Shown piece after piece: positions 62,485-64,000 of a stretch of DNA of 64,000 nucleotides. The notes beneath the pieces were generated by a model. That model saw nothing but the letters and a program-made list of their open reading frames with translations. It was not told where the DNA came from and did not search any database. A program made the translations under genes and the position numbers. Numbering within the stretch: the first letter of the stretch is position 1; every line of letters begins with the position of its first letter. The DNA is from Ignisphaera sp. (GTDB lineage: Archaea; Thermoproteota; Thermoprotei_A; Sulfolobales; Ignisphaeraceae), in assembly GCA_038889075.1 (NCBI GenBank), contig JAWAHS010000001.1, forward strand, positions 96,001 through 160,000, read 5' to 3'.

Positions 62485-62991
62485 TCACCAACCAGCTACT
62501 ATACTAAGCATTAATATTCCGAAGATCATGCCAAGTATTCCAAATAGTTCTTCATAAGCAGCTAAAACTATTCCCAGACCGAAAATTCCACCCTTTGTCT
62601 TAATTAGTTGTGTAGCAGTATCTGCACAAACTTGTCCCTGCGTATAGGCACTAAATGCTTCAGCGAAACCTACAAATATAGATATACCAATAATGGCAAA
62701 ACTTATGTTGAGAGGTATCAAATCGAGTTTTCCATACTTAGCTAGTATGCTTGGTAGGTAAACATTATATGTCATGAACATAAATATGAAACCATACACC
62801 ATAGCCTGAGTAGCAGGTAGAAATGAGAGAGCTAACACTTTTCCTCGTTGGATTGGATCCTCAGATATTACAGCTGTGCCCACAGAGGCAACCTTTCGGA
62901 TACCTAGCGTTGAACCTATAACGGCTAGGCCTTCAGCTATTGCAGGAAATGTATACATTATAGCACCCGTATCCATAATCTGATACACCAA
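62485..62991 (-). CDS. atpK: A/V-type ATP synthase proteolipid subunit K (c), duplicated 4-TM type
   Basis: GSTLG, LPATQ..YG, SAYTQGQV, AAYEELFG; likely start ATG 62976. Confidence 0.85.
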   Translation of the reverse strand: MVYQIMDTGAIMYTFPAIAEGLAVIGSTLGIRKVASVGTAVISEDPIQRGKVLALSFLPATQAMVYGFIFMFMTYNVYLPSILAKYGKLDLIPLNISFAIIGISIFVGFAEAFSAYTQGQVCADTATQLIKTKGGIFGLGIVLAAYEELFGILGMIFGILMLSIVAGW

Positions 62992-63105
62992 TCTGATTTA
63001 TCTTGACTCGGCTAAAAATAGTATAAGCCCTGCATTAAAAAGCTTATATACTAGTTATATAGATTACTGTTACAACCTAAAACAATCATAGCTACCGTTT
63101 TTATA

Positions 63106-64000
63106 CTATCTCACACTTACACTTCCCAATACAATAGGTTCTATAGCTATTTTGACTGGCTGGATTCTTCTTCCAGCACCTTCAAGAAACTTTGATGATA
63201 TTTCAAAGAGGCATAGCCTTAATGAATGTACGAATGGTCCTATTGCAGAGACTGCTAAATTGAATAGATGAAGTATGAAGGACATCAGTATTCCAGCAAC
63301 CATTCCAACAATAATATTTGGCATTGTGAAAGCACCTGTTATAAAACCATTGAATATCTCTGCGAGCATCGCCGAACCCATGCCTATTCCAGCTATTCTT
63401 ATAAATGAAAAGACATCACCAATTATTCCGAGAACGTCAAATAGCCATAATAGCGCACCGAGACCGTGTAGGGAAATGATTTTACCTATAATGATGATTG
63501 CTATAGAGGCTAAACTTATCCACAGACTATATTCGTAGAAAATTGGTATTACAGGAATATTTGCTCTAAAGTAACTATATAGATATGGTCTTAAATACTG
63601 AGCACCAGCAATCATAATAAGCACTATACCTACTTCCGATAAGAATCCACCTCTATCCTTCAATCTAAAGTTCTTTAGGGCTGCAAATACATGTGATATT
63701 AATACAAATATATAGCCTATAGTTATGCTCAGACCCATCATAGACATTAGATCTGAGTAGTCCAAGATGCGCGGTATAGGTAGATGAGTACCTAGTAACG
63801 AACCTAGGAAGCTCTTAGATAAAATTCCCAAGATGATACAGCCTGCTGATGATATATAGAGAACTTGTTGAAGTCTTCTAAAGCCTAAGGCTTTTGGATT
63901 TTCAACAAATTTTGGTAGAACATACCTTGCTGCTAGGGCTAGACCTATACCATAACCAACATCAGCGAACATTAATGAGAAGAATAGAATGAATGAATAG
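63106..64000 (-). CDS. atpI: A/V-type ATP synthase subunit I, C-terminal part (runs off the right edge)
   Basis: FFSLMFADVGYG, GDVFSFIRIAG, VHSLRLCLFE..SKF..GAG. Confidence 0.9.
   Translation of the reverse strand, partial: YSFILFFSLMFADVGYGIGLALAARYVLPKFVENPKALGFRRLQQVLYISSAGCIILGILSKSFLGSLLGTHLPIPRILDYSDLMSMMGLSITIGYIFVLISHVFAALKNFRLKDRGGFLSEVGIVLIMIAGAQYLRPYLYSYFRANIPVIPIFYEYSLWISLASIAIIIIGKIISLHGLGALLWLFDVLGIIGDVFSFIRIAGIGMGSAMLAEIFNGFITGAFTMPNIIVGMVAGILMSFILHLFNLAVSAIGPFVHSLRLCLFEISSKFLEGAGRRIQPVKIAIEPIVLGSVSVR

Noticed and set aside
187-63538. Numerous antisense/overlapping ORFs in the track (e.g. 187-369, 514-822, 3132-3548, 28965-29501, 46340-46783, 59663-59974)
   Set aside because: They lie opposite well-supported genes and have Ser/Ile/Leu/Pro-rich shadow composition without motifs.
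1-64000. CRISPR array, tRNA/rRNA, provirus or defence island
   Set aside because: No regularly spaced repeats, no long GC-rich cloverleaf or rRNA-like tract, no integrase, cas or transposase ORF recognised.

Overview
AT-rich, gene-dense archaeal chromosomal window. GGTG/GAGGTG Shine-Dalgarno motifs, TATA boxes and gene content point to a crenarchaeon, probably Desulfurococcales/Ignisphaera-like (inference). It is mostly housekeeping: Lhr helicase (partial), aKMT, FAU-1, PhoU, ApgM, ROK kinase, Nep1, HMG-CoA synthase, Ard1, four CX3CX2C radical SAM proteins, TrkAH, MscS, thiolase/DUF35, Maf, glycerol dehydrogenase, a Co/Ni ECF transporter and an A/V-type ATP synthase operon (I-K-E-C-F-A-B-D, I partial). 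An ~11 kb cobamide salvage island (cobD; cobT-cbiS-cobY-cobS-cbiB; btuFCD) contains a ThiC-family gene plus a small Cys-containing partner. Highlights: a possible lower-ligand (Bza-like) role for that ThiC homolog; a CBS x4 + HPF/RaiA-like ribosome hibernation factor; a perfect 13-bp inverted repeat over the ECF transporter start; an orphan truncated CdvB/ESCRT-III paralog; an RHH gene with clustered RGTANTA boxes; a clear C/D box sRNA; a solitary IS605/IS607-type end; an HhH-GPD protein with two Fe-S-loop motifs; probable CTG/ATA start codons; and an ORF missed by the track. No tRNA, rRNA, CRISPR array, intact transposase or provirus was seen. All assignments are by eye from motifs; no searches were run.
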